A stretch of DNA of 43,740 bases from Planctomycetaceae bacterium. Its GTDB lineage: Bacteria > Planctomycetota > Planctomycetia > Pirellulales > UBA1268. Where the stretch lies: contig JBJTJO010000160.1 of the NCBI GenBank assembly GCA_046095965.1, positions 1-43,740 on the forward strand, written 5' to 3'. The number at the start of each line of letters is the position of its first letter. Position 1 is the stretch's first letter. Below, in pieces: positions 16,163-26,715 of this stretch. The notes under the pieces are model-generated. The model did no database searches, was not told the DNA's origin, and saw only the letters and a program-made list of their open reading frames with translations. A program made the translations under genes and the position numbers.

Positions 16163-17274
16163 GCGCGGGCTCCTGCGGGACGGCCGCCGCGGCCCGCGGG
16201 CCCGGCGTCCCGCGCCATCTTGCAGAACAGCCGCTCCAGGGCCAGCCTCGCGCGCAGGCCCCGGGAGGCGTCGCCCTTGAGCGCCCGGTCCAGGTCGAGC
16301 AGCCAGACCGGCAGCCGGCGGGCCCGCCGGGCGCCGAGTTGCTGGAGTGCCTCGCGGGCCTGCCCGAGCGCCTTGGGCCAGGCCGCCACGCCGGCCTCGC
16401 GGAGCGCCGCCTCGGCGCCGGCCGGCCGGCCGGCGTCGGGAGGCAGCGCGAGCAGGCGGGCCGCGGTCGAGATCCGCCGCAGCACCGCGGCGATCTGCGC
16501 GGCGATGCCGATCGGGTTCTCGCCCGCGGCCAGCAGTGCGTCGAGCTGGACGATCGCGGCCCGCGCGTCGCCGGCGCCCGCGGCGTCGATCATCTCCCAG
16601 GCGGTGCGTTCCGCGGGCGTGCCGGCGATCGCGTCGATCGCCTCGGGGGGCAAGGGCTTCGTGCGGGCCTCCGCGGGCGTCGCCGCGGCGAGTCGCGCGA
16701 GGGCCTGGTCGGCCTGGCCGAGGTCGGCCCCGAGCCGCTCGAGCAGCCGCTGGGCGGTGGCGGCCGCCAGCTGGATGCCGTGACGCGACTGGCTCCAGCC
16801 GCGCAGCCACGCGGCGAGGTCGGCCTTCGCCGGGACCGACGTCTCGATCACGAGTCCCTGGGCGGCGGCCGCCTTGGCGAGGCGGGTCGTCGCCGGGAAC
16901 GTCCGCACCTCCAGGATCACGACGCCGCGGCCGGCGCGGGGGGGCGCGGCGGCGAGTTTCTCGAGCGCCTCGCGGTGCGCCGACACGAACCCGTCGGCGT
17001 TGCGGACCACTGCGGCACGGGTGGCCGAGGCGAACATCGGGATCGTGGCCGCCTCGTCGAAGACGTCGCGCGGGTCGATCTCGGCCGCGCCGTCGAACTC
17101 CCGCCAGGCCCAGTCGCGGTCGGCCTCGTCGGGGCAGAGTCGCTCGCGGAGCAGGGCCAGCAGGTGCCAGAGCAGGAAGGCGTCGGCGCCGTGGAGCACG
17201 ACGAGCGCGGGGGTGCCGGGAGTGAAGCCGGCGGGGTTGGCGAGGATGTCGAGAGCGCGGACGGCGGTGGCCAC
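16159..17274 (-). CDS. holA: DNA polymerase III delta subunit
   Basis: The size (371 aa) fits. The pattern '[18 protein letters not shown]......[36 protein letters not shown]' matches the HolA N-terminal clamp-loader domain, and the C-terminus is helical. Confidence 0.8.
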   Translation of the reverse strand: MATAVRALDILANPAGFTPGTPALVVLHGADAFLLWHLLALLRERLCPDEADRDWAWREFDGAAEIDPRDVFDEAATIPMFASATRAAVVRNADGFVSAHREALEKLAAAPPRAGRGVVILEVRTFPATTRLAKAAAAQGLVIETSVPAKADLAAWLRGWSQSRHGIQLAAATAQRLLERLGADLGQADQALARLAAATPAEARTKPLPPEAIDAIAGTPAERTAWEMIDAAGAGDARAAIVQLDALLAAGENPIGIAAQIAAVLRRISTAARLLALPPDAGRPAGAEAALREAGVAAWPKALGQAREALQQLGARRARRLPVWLLDLDRALKGDASRGLRARLALERLFCKMARDAGPAGRGGRPAGARA

Positions 17275-17426
17275 GGCGAAACTTCCGGGTTCGTCAGGAG
17301 AGCCTCGCGATTATCCCGCGCCGGGCGCGGGCCACAACGGACGCCGCCCCCGCCGAGTTGTCCACTTCGTTCCTGACCACTATGCTCCCCGGGTCAGCGG
17401 TGCAGTCCCCCCGAAAGGCAGACTCT

Positions 17427-18017
17427 GTGAATCCTCTCCTCGCCATGACCGCCACCGCGATCGTCGGCAGCGTCGCCCTCGTCGCCGCGGTCGGCCTGCT
17501 GGTCGCGATCTTCATCTACAACGGCCTGGTCTCCCGGCAGATCCGCTGCGACAACGCCTGGAGCGACATCGACGTGCAGCTCAAGCGGCGGCACGACCTG
17601 GTGCCGAACCTCGTCGAGGTGGTGCGGCAGTACGCCGACTTCGAGAAGGGCACGCTCGAGGCCGTGATCGCGGCCCGCGGCCGGGCGCTCGGGGCGGGAG
17701 GCGCGAAGGAGGCCGCGGCCGCCGAGGGACTGCTCACCGGAGCGCTGAAGAGCCTGTTCGCCGTCGCCGAGGCCTACCCGCAGCTGCGGGCGAGCGAGCA
17801 GTTCACGGGCCTGCGGGACGCGCTCTCCTCCAGCGAGGACGCGCTGCAGGCGGCCCGCCGCTACTACAATGCCTCCGTCCGCGAGCTCAACGAGGCGGTG
17901 CGGATGTTTCCAGGCAATCTCGTCGCGGGGCTCGGCGGTTTCCGCCAGCGCGAGTTCTTCGAGATCACCACCGACGCCGAGCGGGCGGTGCCCGCGGTGA
18001 AGCTGGGGCCGGGATGA
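17427..18017 (+). CDS. lemA: LemA-family membrane protein
   Basis: An N-terminal TM helix is followed by '[54 protein letters not shown]' and '[19 protein letters not shown]', which are LemA hallmarks. The start is ambiguous (17358, GTG 17427 or ATG 17445). Confidence 0.88.
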   Translation: MNPLLAMTATAIVGSVALVAAVGLLVAIFIYNGLVSRQIRCDNAWSDIDVQLKRRHDLVPNLVEVVRQYADFEKGTLEAVIAARGRALGAGGAKEAAAAEGLLTGALKSLFAVAEAYPQLRASEQFTGLRDALSSSEDALQAARRYYNASVRELNEAVRMFPGNLVAGLGGFRQREFFEITTDAERAVPAVKLGPG

Positions 18018-19927
18018 GGCTTCCGCTCGCAACGCGAAACGCAGGGGGGATCCGCTGGATCGCCGCGGCGGTGGTCGCCTGCGCGGTGGGATCGGCGGCT
18101 CCGGCGGTCGCCCGCTCCATCGAGATCGACGACTTCCTCGTTGACGTGGCGATCGACGCGCAGGGCGGCCTCGACGTCACGGAGACGATCCGGCTGCGGT
18201 TTTCCGGCCAGTGGAACGGGATCATCCGCACCATCCCGATCCAGAACGTCACGTCGCGCGGGGAGCGGCGCAGCCTCGGCTTCCGCCTCGTGTCGGTCAC
18301 GGACGAGGCCGACCACCATCTGGAGGTCACGAAGAGCCGGCGCGGCGCCGACATGAACCTCAAGATCCGGGTGCCGGGGGCGGCCGACGCCGTGCGGACG
18401 GTCGTGATCCGCTACCGGATCACCGGGGGCCTGCGGTTCTTCGATGATCACGACGAACTGTACTGGAACGTCACCGGTGACGAGTGGACATTCCCGATCC
18501 GCGCGGCACGGGCCCGGATCACGCTGCCGCCGAACGTCGTGAACGTCCGGGCCAACGGGTTCACGGGATCCCATGGCTCGTCGGAGCGGGCCGTGCGGAT
18601 CGTGGTGGATGGCGCGGCGCGGGCACCCGACGACGTGGTGGCGCCGGCCAGCGAGTCGCCGCCGCCGGAAGGGGGCGCGCACGTGATCGAGATCGAGGCC
18701 ACACGGCCGCTGGGCATGCGCGAGGGGCTCACGGCCGCGGTGGCGTGGAACCCGGGCGTCATCCGCCGGCCGTCGGCGTGGGCGAAGCTCATCACGGCCT
18801 GGTCGTCGTGGTTCGCCGGACGGTCGCTGCTGGCGGCCGTGCTCGGCGCGCCGGTGCTGGCGTTCGTGGGGATGTTCTGGCGCTGGTGGCGGGTGGGGCG
18901 CGACCCGCGGCCGGGGCCGCTCGTCGTGCAGTACGGGCCGCCCGCCGGCCTGGGGCCGGCCGAGGTGGGCACGCTCATCGACAACACGCCAGACAACCGC
19001 GACCTGATGGCGGGCCTCGTCGATGCGGCGGTGAAGGGCGTCGTGCGCATCCGAGAGACCTCGCCACGTGGCTGGTTCAAGCGCGCGGACTATGCGTTCG
19101 ACCTGCTGCGGCCCGAGGGGGCGTGGGTGCCGTCGGGCATCTCCCCGTCCGGCTTCCGCATGCTCCGGGGCATGTTCAAGAACGAGAAGGGCGAGCCGGA
19201 CGCGGCTGGCGTGATCGACACGGTCGCGTCCGGGCAGTTGGCGGAATCCTTCTACAAACGCCTGCCGGGGATCAAGGATGCCATCTTCGCCGATCTCGTG
19301 GGGCGTGGCTTTTACCGCCAGCGGCCCGACGCCACGCGCACGAGCTACGCCGTCGTCGCGGGGGTGGCTGGAGCCGCCGTCTGGCTGCTCGCAGCGGTCG
19401 TGCTGCCCCGGGCCGGCTACCTCGACGAGACGATGACGCTCGCGGTGCCGCTGCTCCTCGGCGCGACGACCGCGCTCGTGATCGTGTTCTTCGCCTTCTT
19501 CATGCCGGCCCGAACCGTGGCCGGCGCGCAGGCCCGCGATCACGTCCGTGGCTTCGAGGAGTTTTTGTCGCGGGTGGACGGGCACCGCCTCGCCTCGCTG
19601 CCGCTGACGCCGGAACTCTTCGAAAAGTTTCTCCCGTACGCGATCGCGCTGGGGGTGGAACGCCGCTGGTCGCGGGCTTTCGCCGACATCTGCACGCAGC
19701 CGCCGACGTGGTACGTGGGCTCGTCGCCCGACTCCGTGTTCGACACGGACGGCTTCACGAACCAGCTCGGCCTGATGTCGGCGAGCACGTCCGCGGCCAT
19801 GACCTCGGCCCCGCGGTCGAGCGGCGACTCGGGATTCGGCGGTGGCGGCGGTGGCGGTGACTGGGGCGGCGGCGGAGGAGGATTCTCCGGCGGCGGCGAC
19901 GGCGGCGGTGGCGGCTCGGGCTGGTGA
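18014..19927 (+). CDS. DUF2207-family membrane protein with a Gly-rich C-terminus
   Basis: The ATG at 18014 overlaps the lemA stop (ATGA). It has a signal/anchor sequence, then '[42 protein letters not shown]', then multiple TM helices. The tail is '[34 protein letters not shown]'. This is the usual LemA-DUF2207 gene pair. Confidence 0.85.
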   Translation: MRLPLATRNAGGIRWIAAAVVACAVGSAAPAVARSIEIDDFLVDVAIDAQGGLDVTETIRLRFSGQWNGIIRTIPIQNVTSRGERRSLGFRLVSVTDEADHHLEVTKSRRGADMNLKIRVPGAADAVRTVVIRYRITGGLRFFDDHDELYWNVTGDEWTFPIRAARARITLPPNVVNVRANGFTGSHGSSERAVRIVVDGAARAPDDVVAPASESPPPEGGAHVIEIEATRPLGMREGLTAAVAWNPGVIRRPSAWAKLITAWSSWFAGRSLLAAVLGAPVLAFVGMFWRWWRVGRDPRPGPLVVQYGPPAGLGPAEVGTLIDNTPDNRDLMAGLVDAAVKGVVRIRETSPRGWFKRADYAFDLLRPEGAWVPSGISPSGFRMLRGMFKNEKGEPDAAGVIDTVASGQLAESFYKRLPGIKDAIFADLVGRGFYRQRPDATRTSYAVVAGVAGAAVWLLAAVVLPRAGYLDETMTLAVPLLLGATTALVIVFFAFFMPARTVAGAQARDHVRGFEEFLSRVDGHRLASLPLTPELFEKFLPYAIALGVERRWSRAFADICTQPPTWYVGSSPDSVFDTDGFTNQLGLMSASTSAAMTSAPRSSGDSGFGGGGGGGDWGGGGGGFSGGGDGGGGGSGW

Positions 19928-19945
19928 GGCCCGGCGCCCGCGTGG

Positions 19946-21670
19946 TCAGGGCTCCGGCGGGGGCAGCGGCTTGAGGCCGCCGAGCCTGCCCACGAACCGC
20001 GACTGCGAGACGGCCACGGCCTCGGGGCTCGATGCCGTGCCCAGGTTGCCCGCGGCGTCGGTCACCTCGACCCGCACGAACACGCGCGCGGGCACGCTGC
20101 GATCGGGGCGCCAGCGGTGCTCGCCCTGGTTCTCCGCGCCGTCGAGGATCGTGGCCCACGGGCCGTCGGCGTGTGGCGAGTAGAGGATGCGCGCGCTGCG
20201 CGGCGGCAGCAGCGGGTCGCGGCTCGCCCAGCGGATCACGAGCACGTCGGCGGCGTCGTCGCGGGCGGCGCCCAGGAGTTCCACGTGCGGCGCCTCCTCG
20301 TCCACGCCGACCCACGTCTCGGGAACGTCGCCCGAGCGCGGGCCGCCCGTCGGGGCATCGGTCGCCACCATCTCGAGCCGGAAGCCGTACAGTCCGGGTG
20401 CGGGCACCTCGACGTCGATCGGGCTCGCCCCGTCGGAATCGACCGCGGTCCTCTGCCAGGTCACGCCGCCGTCGCGCGTGCTCCACAATTCCGCCCGCAA
20501 CTTCCGGCCATCGGACGCGCCCGCCGGCGGCTCGTAGTCCCAGGCGAACCGGCGCGACCGGGAAAGTTGCAGCGGTCTGCCGCGGTATTCGAGGCGGCCA
20601 TCGGCGCCCGGCGTGGGCCCGGTCGCCGCGAGCAACGGGCTCGCGTCGCCGGCGTTCGCCGTCGGTCGCGCCGTGTTCGGGACAGGGCCGGTCGGGGCGG
20701 GACGGCTCACGAGCACGCTGCGTCCGGACGCGTCGGCGGCGGCCCGCGGCTCGCCCCCCGACCACGTCGCCGGTTCGGCGGTCCACGCCCCGGGCACGGC
20801 GGGCGCGACGGGCATGGTGGGGGCCGGCGTGGCGGCCGCGGGGAGCGCGACGGCGGCCGGGCTTGCCGGGGCGCCGGGCTCCGGCAGGGGCGGGACGCCC
20901 ACCTCCGCGGCCAGCGCGGCCTGATCGACGCCGGGATCGGCCGACTCCATCGTGAACTGTTTTGTGGTCCGGTTGCCCGAAGCATCGCTCACGGCGATCC
21001 GCACCGTCAGCGCCTCCACCTTCTCGCCGGCCCACCAGATGTCCTCGCCGACCACGTGCGCCGGTGCCTGTCGTGCGAGGATGCCCTCCGTGGCGACCGT
21101 CTTCCATTCCCCGGCGCCGAGGCGGTACTCCACCTGCAGCGACTTCAGGTCGATCGAATCGTCGGCGGCTGAGTAGCGGCAGACGATCTCGCCGTCGGCG
21201 CCCCTCCAGACGCGGGCTGCGAGGCGCGGGCCCGACGCATCGACGAGCACCCGCGTGTCGGGCCCCTCGCCGCCGCGCATCCGTCCTTTGCGATCGACGG
21301 CTCGGAGGCGGAACCAGTATTCGCCATCGAGGTCGGCAGTGTAGGAGAAGGCCGTCGCGGCGGGGGAAGCCTCGCCGGCCGGCGACCAGGAGCCGCCCAG
21401 GTCCTTCGACACCTGGAGCAGGACCCGCTCGGCCGCGGCTTCCGCGGCTGGGTCCTGCGGCTTGGGGAGGCGGAACGGGATCGAGAACGTCCGCTGCTTC
21501 GTCCGCACGAGCTCGGGCAGCGCGCCCCCGGTGGCCGGTCCGCCCGTGGTGGCTGCCGCGCACCACGCGACGGCCGTCGCCACCATGACCGTGGCCGCGC
21601 AGAGCCTGCCCCGCGGAATCCGCGGAAGGCCTGCGGCGCGAGAGTTTCCCGATCGTGCGACGGAACGCAT
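19946..21670 (-). CDS. Secreted protein with Asp-box (BNR) motifs and Ig/FN3-like beta repeats
   Basis: A signal peptide is present ('..LCAATVMVATAVAWCAAA'). Two Asp-box-like motifs occur: 'SKDLGGSWS' and 'STRDGGVTWQ' (S-x-D-x-G-x-T/S-W). Two similar halves each contain '...GEYWFRLRAVD' / 'GLYGFRLEMVATD', separated by a Pro/Ala-rich linker. Confidence 0.7.
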   Translation of the reverse strand: MRSVARSGNSRAAGLPRIPRGRLCAATVMVATAVAWCAAATTGGPATGGALPELVRTKQRTFSIPFRLPKPQDPAAEAAAERVLLQVSKDLGGSWSPAGEASPAATAFSYTADLDGEYWFRLRAVDRKGRMRGGEGPDTRVLVDASGPRLAARVWRGADGEIVCRYSAADDSIDLKSLQVEYRLGAGEWKTVATEGILARQAPAHVVGEDIWWAGEKVEALTVRIAVSDASGNRTTKQFTMESADPGVDQAALAAEVGVPPLPEPGAPASPAAVALPAAATPAPTMPVAPAVPGAWTAEPATWSGGEPRAAADASGRSVLVSRPAPTGPVPNTARPTANAGDASPLLAATGPTPGADGRLEYRGRPLQLSRSRRFAWDYEPPAGASDGRKLRAELWSTRDGGVTWQRTAVDSDGASPIDVEVPAPGLYGFRLEMVATDAPTGGPRSGDVPETWVGVDEEAPHVELLGAARDDAADVLVIRWASRDPLLPPRSARILYSPHADGPWATILDGAENQGEHRWRPDRSVPARVFVRVEVTDAAGNLGTASSPEAVAVSQSRFVGRLGGLKPLPPPEP

Positions 21671-21817
21671 GTCGGTAGGGATCGGCCGTTCGGCGCGGAA
21701 AAGTCACACATTTTCGTCACGACCGGCCCGATCGGCAGGCTCTGCCCTCCGGCGGCGAGCCGGACCGCCCCGCCCCCCCGGGCGACTGCGGAGCCGGGGA
21801 GGTTTGGGGTGACTCGC

Positions 21818-21847
21818 TGGACCCGGGGTGGACCCTGGTCGCATAAT
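21818..21847 (+). promoter_or_regulatory. Sigma-70-like promoter candidate TGGACC-N18-CATAAT upstream of the small ORF and clpX
   Basis: CATAAT lies at 21842..21847 and TGGACC at 21818..21823 (4/6 match to TTGACA). This is prediction from sequence only. Confidence 0.3.
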
Positions 21848-21881
21848 CGCGTACAGGAGTCGTCCCGGGATCGCATGCGAC

Positions 21882-22172
21882 GTGCCTCCCCTTCCGACCA
21901 TCGCGATCCTGCTGGGCGCGGCGCTGGCCGTCGGAGTCGTCGCGGCCCTCCAGGTTCGCGCCTGGCTGCGGCGCACGGCTGACGATCGTGGCGATTGGGA
22001 AAGGACGCTGGTCGCATGGAGGAATCTGCGGGATGAGGGTGTGCTCACGGAAGAGGAATACCGAAAAGTAAGAACGCTCGTCGAGCCGCGGACGCGGATC
22101 GGCACATCCGGGCCCGGCGGCCGGCAGCGGCCGGCAGCGGGACCTTCCGGGACTGACCACGAGAGGACATGA
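21882..22172 (+). CDS. Small membrane protein with a SHOCT-like C-terminal motif (hypothetical)
   Basis: One TM helix ('[20 protein letters not shown]') is followed by '[22 protein letters not shown]', which resembles the SHOCT short C-terminal domain. It ends 4 nt before clpX. The start may be GTG 21882 or GTG 21828, and no good SD sequence is present. Confidence 0.4.
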   Translation: MPPLPTIAILLGAALAVGVVAALQVRAWLRRTADDRGDWERTLVAWRNLRDEGVLTEEEYRKVRTLVEPRTRIGTSGPGGRQRPAAGPSGTDHERT

Positions 22173-22176
22173 ACTG

Positions 22177-23466
22177 ATGCCAACCGGGAAGGACGGCGGC
22201 GGCCTGGGCAGGCGCGGCGCCGGCGGAACGACCAAGAAGAACGCCTTCTGCTCGTTCTGCCGCAAGAGCTACCGCGACGTGGGGCCGCTCGTCGAGGGCC
22301 CGGGCGACGTCTACATCTGCGGCGAGTGCATCGAGCTCTGCCAGTCGATCCTCGACCAGGAGAAAAAGCGGCGGGGCACGAGCAAGCAACTGTTCACCAC
22401 GATCCCCTCGCCCCGGGAGATCGTCGCTAACCTCGACCAGTACGTTATCGGCCAGCATCACGCCAAGCGCGTGCTGGCCGTCGCCGTGCACAGCCATTAC
22501 AAGCGTCTCAACATCGGCACCGAGGGGGGCGACGTCGAGGTCGAGCAGTCGAACCTCCTGCTGCTCGGGCCGCCCGGCTCGGGCAAGACGCTCCTGGCCC
22601 GCTCGCTGGCCCGGATCCTCGACGTGCCGTTCGCGATCGGCGACGCCACCACGCTGACCGAGGCGGGCTACGTGGGCGAGGACGTGGAGAACCTGCTGCT
22701 CAAGCTGCTCAACGCCGCCGACTTCGACATCGAGGCCGCCCAGCGGGGCGTGCTCTACATCGACGAGATCGACAAGATCGGCAAGACGAGCCAGAACGTC
22801 TCGATCACCCGCGACGTGTCGGGCGAGGGGGTGCAGCAGGCCCTCCTCAAGATGCTCGAGGGGACCGTGGCCAACGTGCCGCCGCAGGGGGGACGCAAGC
22901 ACCCCGAGCAGCAGTACATCCAGATCGACACCTCCAACATTCTCTTCCTCTGCGGCGGGACGTTCGTGGGCATCGACAAGATCATCGCCAAACGCCTCGG
23001 GAAGCGGATGATCGGGTTCGGCCAGCCGGCGGGCCACAAGGGCGAGGCGGGGCTGGCCGAGCTGCTGCCGCAGGTGGACTCCGACGACATCCTCGAATTC
23101 GGCCTGATTCCTGAGCTCGTGGGACGGCTGCCGGTGATCTCGTCGCTCCAGCCGCTCGACGAGCAGGCGCTCGTGAAGGTGCTCCGGGAGCCCCGGAACG
23201 CGCTCGTCAAGCAGTACCAGAAGATGTTCGGGCTGGAGAACTGCCAGCTCGAGTTCACCGACGAGGCCCTGGTGGCGATCGCCCGCCGGGCCATGAAGAA
23301 GGAAACCGGGGCCCGCGGCCTGCGGTCGATCATGGAGGACGTGATGCTCGACATCATGTTCGACCTGCCCGACCAGCAGGGCTCGACCTACGTGATCAAC
23401 GAGCGCAACGTCGAGGGCACGGAGCCGGTGATCCCGATCCGCGAGGCCCGCACCAAGAGCGCCTGA
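22177..23466 (+). CDS. clpX: ATP-dependent Clp protease ATP-binding subunit ClpX
   Basis: The zinc-binding N-domain is '[31 protein letters not shown]'. Walker A is '[14 protein letters not shown]', Walker B is '[11 protein letters not shown]', the pore loop is '[10 protein letters not shown]', and the sensor is '[10 protein letters not shown]'. Confidence 0.97.
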   Translation: MPTGKDGGGLGRRGAGGTTKKNAFCSFCRKSYRDVGPLVEGPGDVYICGECIELCQSILDQEKKRRGTSKQLFTTIPSPREIVANLDQYVIGQHHAKRVLAVAVHSHYKRLNIGTEGGDVEVEQSNLLLLGPPGSGKTLLARSLARILDVPFAIGDATTLTEAGYVGEDVENLLLKLLNAADFDIEAAQRGVLYIDEIDKIGKTSQNVSITRDVSGEGVQQALLKMLEGTVANVPPQGGRKHPEQQYIQIDTSNILFLCGGTFVGIDKIIAKRLGKRMIGFGQPAGHKGEAGLAELLPQVDSDDILEFGLIPELVGRLPVISSLQPLDEQALVKVLREPRNALVKQYQKMFGLENCQLEFTDEALVAIARRAMKKETGARGLRSIMEDVMLDIMFDLPDQQGSTYVINERNVEGTEPVIPIREARTKSA

Positions 23467-23485
23467 TTTCCCGCGGCCGTGACGG

Positions 23486-24688
23486 TCAATCGCGCGGATC
23501 GCGCTCGTCGAACTGCTCGGCGAGCAGGGCCTCGAGGCGCTTGCCACGCGCGGTCGTGGAGATCACGACGCCGTCGGCGCCGATGAGGATGCACTGCGGG
23601 ATGCCGCTGATCCCGTAGCGGTCGGCCATCGTCTCGCCTCCAGCCGGCGTCTCCGCGTCCACGAGGATCGGCCAGGGAATCTTCCCGTCGGCGACGAACT
23701 GCTCGAGCGACGCCCGGTCTGCGTCGAGGCTGATGCCCAGGACCTCGAACCCACGGTCATGGTAGCGGTCGTACTGGGTGCGGATGTTCTCGATCTCGGC
23801 CACGCACGGGCCGCACCAGGTCGCCCAGAAGTCCACGAGCACGACCTTGCCGGCAAGCGATGCCTGGTCGAAATCGCCTCCATCGAGGAGTCGGCCCGCG
23901 ATCGGCATCGGTTTGCCGGGCAGGCCGACGAGCCGCATGGCCCCCGCCACCCGCCGGCCGAGGGTCTTGATCCTGACGTCGCCGCTTTGCTCGAGCAGCG
24001 GCGCGAACGTCTCGCCCGCCCGCCGTGCCGCCGCCTCGCCTCCCGGAACGCGTCCGAGTTTCCGCGCGAATCCCGCGGCCGCCTCCGCGAGCCCGACGTC
24101 GCAGGGCGCAGCCTCGAGCATTCCTGCCAGCCGACGGACGAGGGCGGGGGCGTCGTCCACGCGTCCCTCTGCCAGGAGCGTGTCGATCTCGGCCCGGGTG
24201 GCCACGGCCCGCGCCTCGGCCGCGAGCGCGGCGTCGGGGCCGTCGGCGAGCGTCGCGGCGAACGTCGCGAGCAGGTCGGTGGCTCGGGTGTCGCCGAGTT
24301 CGGCCAGCTGGGAGAGCGTGTCGAACTTGAGCCGCAGCACCCGGGCCCGCACGGGCGTGCCCGCCTCCAGTTGATCCAGGATCTTGTCGGCGGCCTCGAC
24401 CGAGTTCGCCAGCGCCTTGCGGAGGTAGTAGCGGCGTCGGCCGCGGGACGTCGGCATCCGCGCGGGATCGGTCAACCCCTCGATGTAGGCGAGGAGTTCC
24501 GCGGGCGTGCCGTCCGGAACGGGCGGCACAGGGGCGCGGGGGGTGGCCGGCTCCCGTGCGTCGCCGTCGGTGGCGTCCGGCGCGACGGCGACGGGATCCG
24601 CGGGCTCGTCTTCGGCTCGCGCCACCGGGACCATGGCGGTGCACATCGCGATCACGAGGGGACAGATGCGGCGCGAGGGCAGGCGCAT
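23486..24688 (-). CDS. TlpA-like thiol:disulfide oxidoreductase (thioredoxin fold) with a long helical N-terminal domain and signal peptide
   Basis: 'GKVVLVDFWATWCGPCVAEIENI....Y..RGFEVLGISLD' carries the WCGPC active site. The signal peptide 'MRLPSRRICPLVIAMCTAMVPVARA' starts at the ATG at 24688 (the ORF extends to 24712). Confidence 0.88.
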   Translation of the reverse strand: MRLPSRRICPLVIAMCTAMVPVARAEDEPADPVAVAPDATDGDAREPATPRAPVPPVPDGTPAELLAYIEGLTDPARMPTSRGRRRYYLRKALANSVEAADKILDQLEAGTPVRARVLRLKFDTLSQLAELGDTRATDLLATFAATLADGPDAALAAEARAVATRAEIDTLLAEGRVDDAPALVRRLAGMLEAAPCDVGLAEAAAGFARKLGRVPGGEAAARRAGETFAPLLEQSGDVRIKTLGRRVAGAMRLVGLPGKPMPIAGRLLDGGDFDQASLAGKVVLVDFWATWCGPCVAEIENIRTQYDRYHDRGFEVLGISLDADRASLEQFVADGKIPWPILVDAETPAGGETMADRYGISGIPQCILIGADGVVISTTARGKRLEALLAEQFDERDPRD

Positions 24689-24800
24689 GCGGGGCTCCGA
24701 GTCTCGCCGCAACCGGGCGGACTCGGCAGCCTAGCCGCACCCCGCGGCCGTCGGCAACGTCCCGCCGTCTGGCGGGACGGCGTTCGGCGGCGGATTGCAA

Positions 24801-25670
24801 CACCGGCAGGCGGATCGTGATCGCCGTGCCCCTGCCGACCGAACTCTCCACGCGGATCCGGCCGCGGTGGCCCTCCACGATCTCACGGCAGGCCGAGAGG
24901 CCGAGCCCCGTGCCCCCCTTGCCGCTCTCGTCGGGGCCGGCCTTCGTGGTGAAGTGGGGCTCGAAGATCCGCCGCATCACCTCGGGGGTCATGCCGGAGC
25001 CGGTGTCGCGGACCGTGAGGTCCACGAGGCCGGTGGCTGGGTCGTGGGCGAGGCGCACGATCAAGCGGCCGCCGTTGGGCATCGCCTGCCGCGAGTTGAC
25101 GAGCAGGTTGAGCAGCACCTGCTGGAGCTGGCCGGGGTTCGCCGACACCCGCGGCACGGGGGCGATCTCCCGCTCGACCTGCACGCGGTACTTCATCAGC
25201 TCCCGCTCGAGGAGCACGAGCACGTCCTCCACGAGCAGGCCGAGATCGGTCGGCTCGAACCGGTTGCTCGCGCGTCCTCGCGTCATGGAGAGGACGCTGG
25301 CGGTGATCTTCGCGGCCCGCGTGCCGGCGGAGAGGATGCGCTCGAGCGCCTTGTCTCGGGTCGGCTGGTCGCGGTGCCGGAGACCCATCCGCGCGTAGTT
25401 GAGGATCGTCGTCAGGGCGTTGTTGAACTCGTGCGTCGTCGTGCCGAGCAACTCGCCGAGAGTGCCGAGCTTGCGGGCTTCGTGCACCTGCGCCCGCAGC
25501 GCCGCGACCTCGGCCTCGTGCCGTGCCCGCGTCGCATCCAGCAGCCGGCGCAGTTCCTGGACGGCGGTCGCCTCGGGGGGCGGCCCCGGGAGGAGCAGGA
25601 TCGCGCGGCCGGCCCCGTCCGTCCCGGCGGGGCGGTCCCGATCCGCATCGCTGGCGCCGACGCTCGACAT
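24801..25670 (-). CDS. Soluble histidine kinase (HisKA plus HATPase_c); only the conserved core is annotated, because the frame has no stop until 23757
   Basis: The H-box is '[17 protein letters not shown]'. The N box is '[14 protein letters not shown]', G1 is 'VRDTGSGM', and G2 is '[14 protein letters not shown]'. The domain ends at '[12 protein letters not shown]' (about 24801). The start ATG is at 25670. The same frame stays open through the tlpA-like gene to 23757 (see findings). There is no TM segment and no adjacent response regulator. Confidence 0.8.
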
Positions 25671-25823
25671 CCCTGGCTTGCCCCCGTCTTCCTGACCGGA
25701 ACCGACCGCGGCACGGGCAGACTTCCGCCAACCGGATGCAACCACCCGGTCCGCGCAGCCGAACTGCCGGGGCCGCGGGAACGTGCGGCCCTTTGGGCGT
25801 ATCGGCCGCCCGGCGGAACCTGC

Positions 25824-25831
25824 TGTAGAAT
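25824..25831 (+). promoter_or_regulatory. -10-like element TG-TAGAAT upstream of the DUF1559 gene
   Basis: TAGAAT lies at 25826..25831, immediately preceded by TG, within the 273-bp divergent spacer between the kinase and the DUF1559 gene. No -35 element was found. Confidence 0.22.
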
Positions 25832-25943
25832 GTGCGGGATGCACCGTTCCCGTTCCTCGACCGTTCAATCTCCACGGACCGGCAATCGTCACGCGATGCC
25901 GCGGATGGTCCATGCGGCCGGGGCAGGACGTGAGGGCGTGGGC

Positions 25944-26696
25944 ATGCGGACGAGATGCGATGCGGCGGCCGGGGCGGGGCGGCGGCGTGCCTTTACCCTG
26001 GTCGAACTGCTCGTCGTGATCGCGGTCCTGGCGCTCGTGATCGGCCTGCTCCTGCCGGCGATCCAGTCGGCCCGGGAGGCGGCCCGGCGGACGATCTGCA
26101 AGTCGAACCTGCGGCAGTGCGGCGTCGCCATGACGCTGTACCTCGACCGGAAGTCCGGCGGCGGCCCCCAGGACAAGTTTCCCGAAGCGGCCGGGCTGCC
26201 GAGTTTCGAACTGAAGAGCCGTTGGCCGCCAGCAGACCCGCCACTCCCCATCCGCCCCAGCATCGCCGCCGTTCTCGCCCCGTTCGCGGAGAACACGCGG
26301 GATGTCTTCCGCTGCCCATCGGACAACTACTTCTTCGTGCGGACCGGTCCCGATGCCGACGACATCAAGGCGCGGTGGGACGCGATCCCCGCCGACAAGC
26401 GGCCCAAGGAATACGAGACGATTCCCTACGAGGGCACCAGTTACGAGTATCCCTGGCTGCGGCTCGCGGGCCGGACGCGGGCCCAGGTGCTCACGTCGCG
26501 TCGCACCGGACAGGCCCTCTCGTCGGGGCGGACGTGGGTGCTCTACGAGTTCGTGCCCTTTCATGCGGTCGGCTACGCCGCCTCGCTGGAACTCGACCTC
26601 GCCGAGTCCGAACGCAGCGCCGCGTCGGAGGAGTGGGTGCCCCCGGAAGGGTCGCGGAATTTCCTCTACCTCGACGGCCACGTCGAGAACCTGTGA
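25944..26696 (+). CDS. DUF1559-type protein with a prepilin-like N-terminal methylation motif (planctomycete pseudopilin family)
   Basis: '[45 protein letters not shown]' is the hallmark N-terminus. The C-terminus '[10 protein letters not shown]' is the usual H-x9-DG-type end. The ATG at 25944 is preferred; the in-frame ATG at 25896 is possible. Confidence 0.9.
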   Translation: MRTRCDAAAGAGRRRAFTLVELLVVIAVLALVIGLLLPAIQSAREAARRTICKSNLRQCGVAMTLYLDRKSGGGPQDKFPEAAGLPSFELKSRWPPADPPLPIRPSIAAVLAPFAENTRDVFRCPSDNYFFVRTGPDADDIKARWDAIPADKRPKEYETIPYEGTSYEYPWLRLAGRTRAQVLTSRRTGQALSSGRTWVLYEFVPFHAVGYAASLELDLAESERSAASEEWVPPEGSRNFLYLDGHVENL

Positions 26697-26715
26697 CGAG
26701 CGAGACGACGCTGCC

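Noticed and set aside
13049-16783. Very long ORFs in the six-frame track, with Arg/Pro/Gly/Ala-rich translations. Examples are 13049..16783 (1244 aa), 23757..27068 upstream of 25670, 30779..33097, 33291..35687, 19755..21707, 28397..30706 and 16874..18013.
   Set aside because: They lie in alternate frames or on the antisense strand of genes with unmistakable conserved motifs (purB, holA, priA, recG, the kinases). Their composition is low-complexity and typical of out-of-frame translation in about 70% GC DNA, where stop codons are rare. No motifs were recognised in them.
22177-23466. clpX without an upstream clpP, as a sign of rearrangement.
   Set aside because: Separate clpP and clpX loci are common in many phyla. 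The gene itself is intact with all motifs. Nothing in the sequence suggests disruption.
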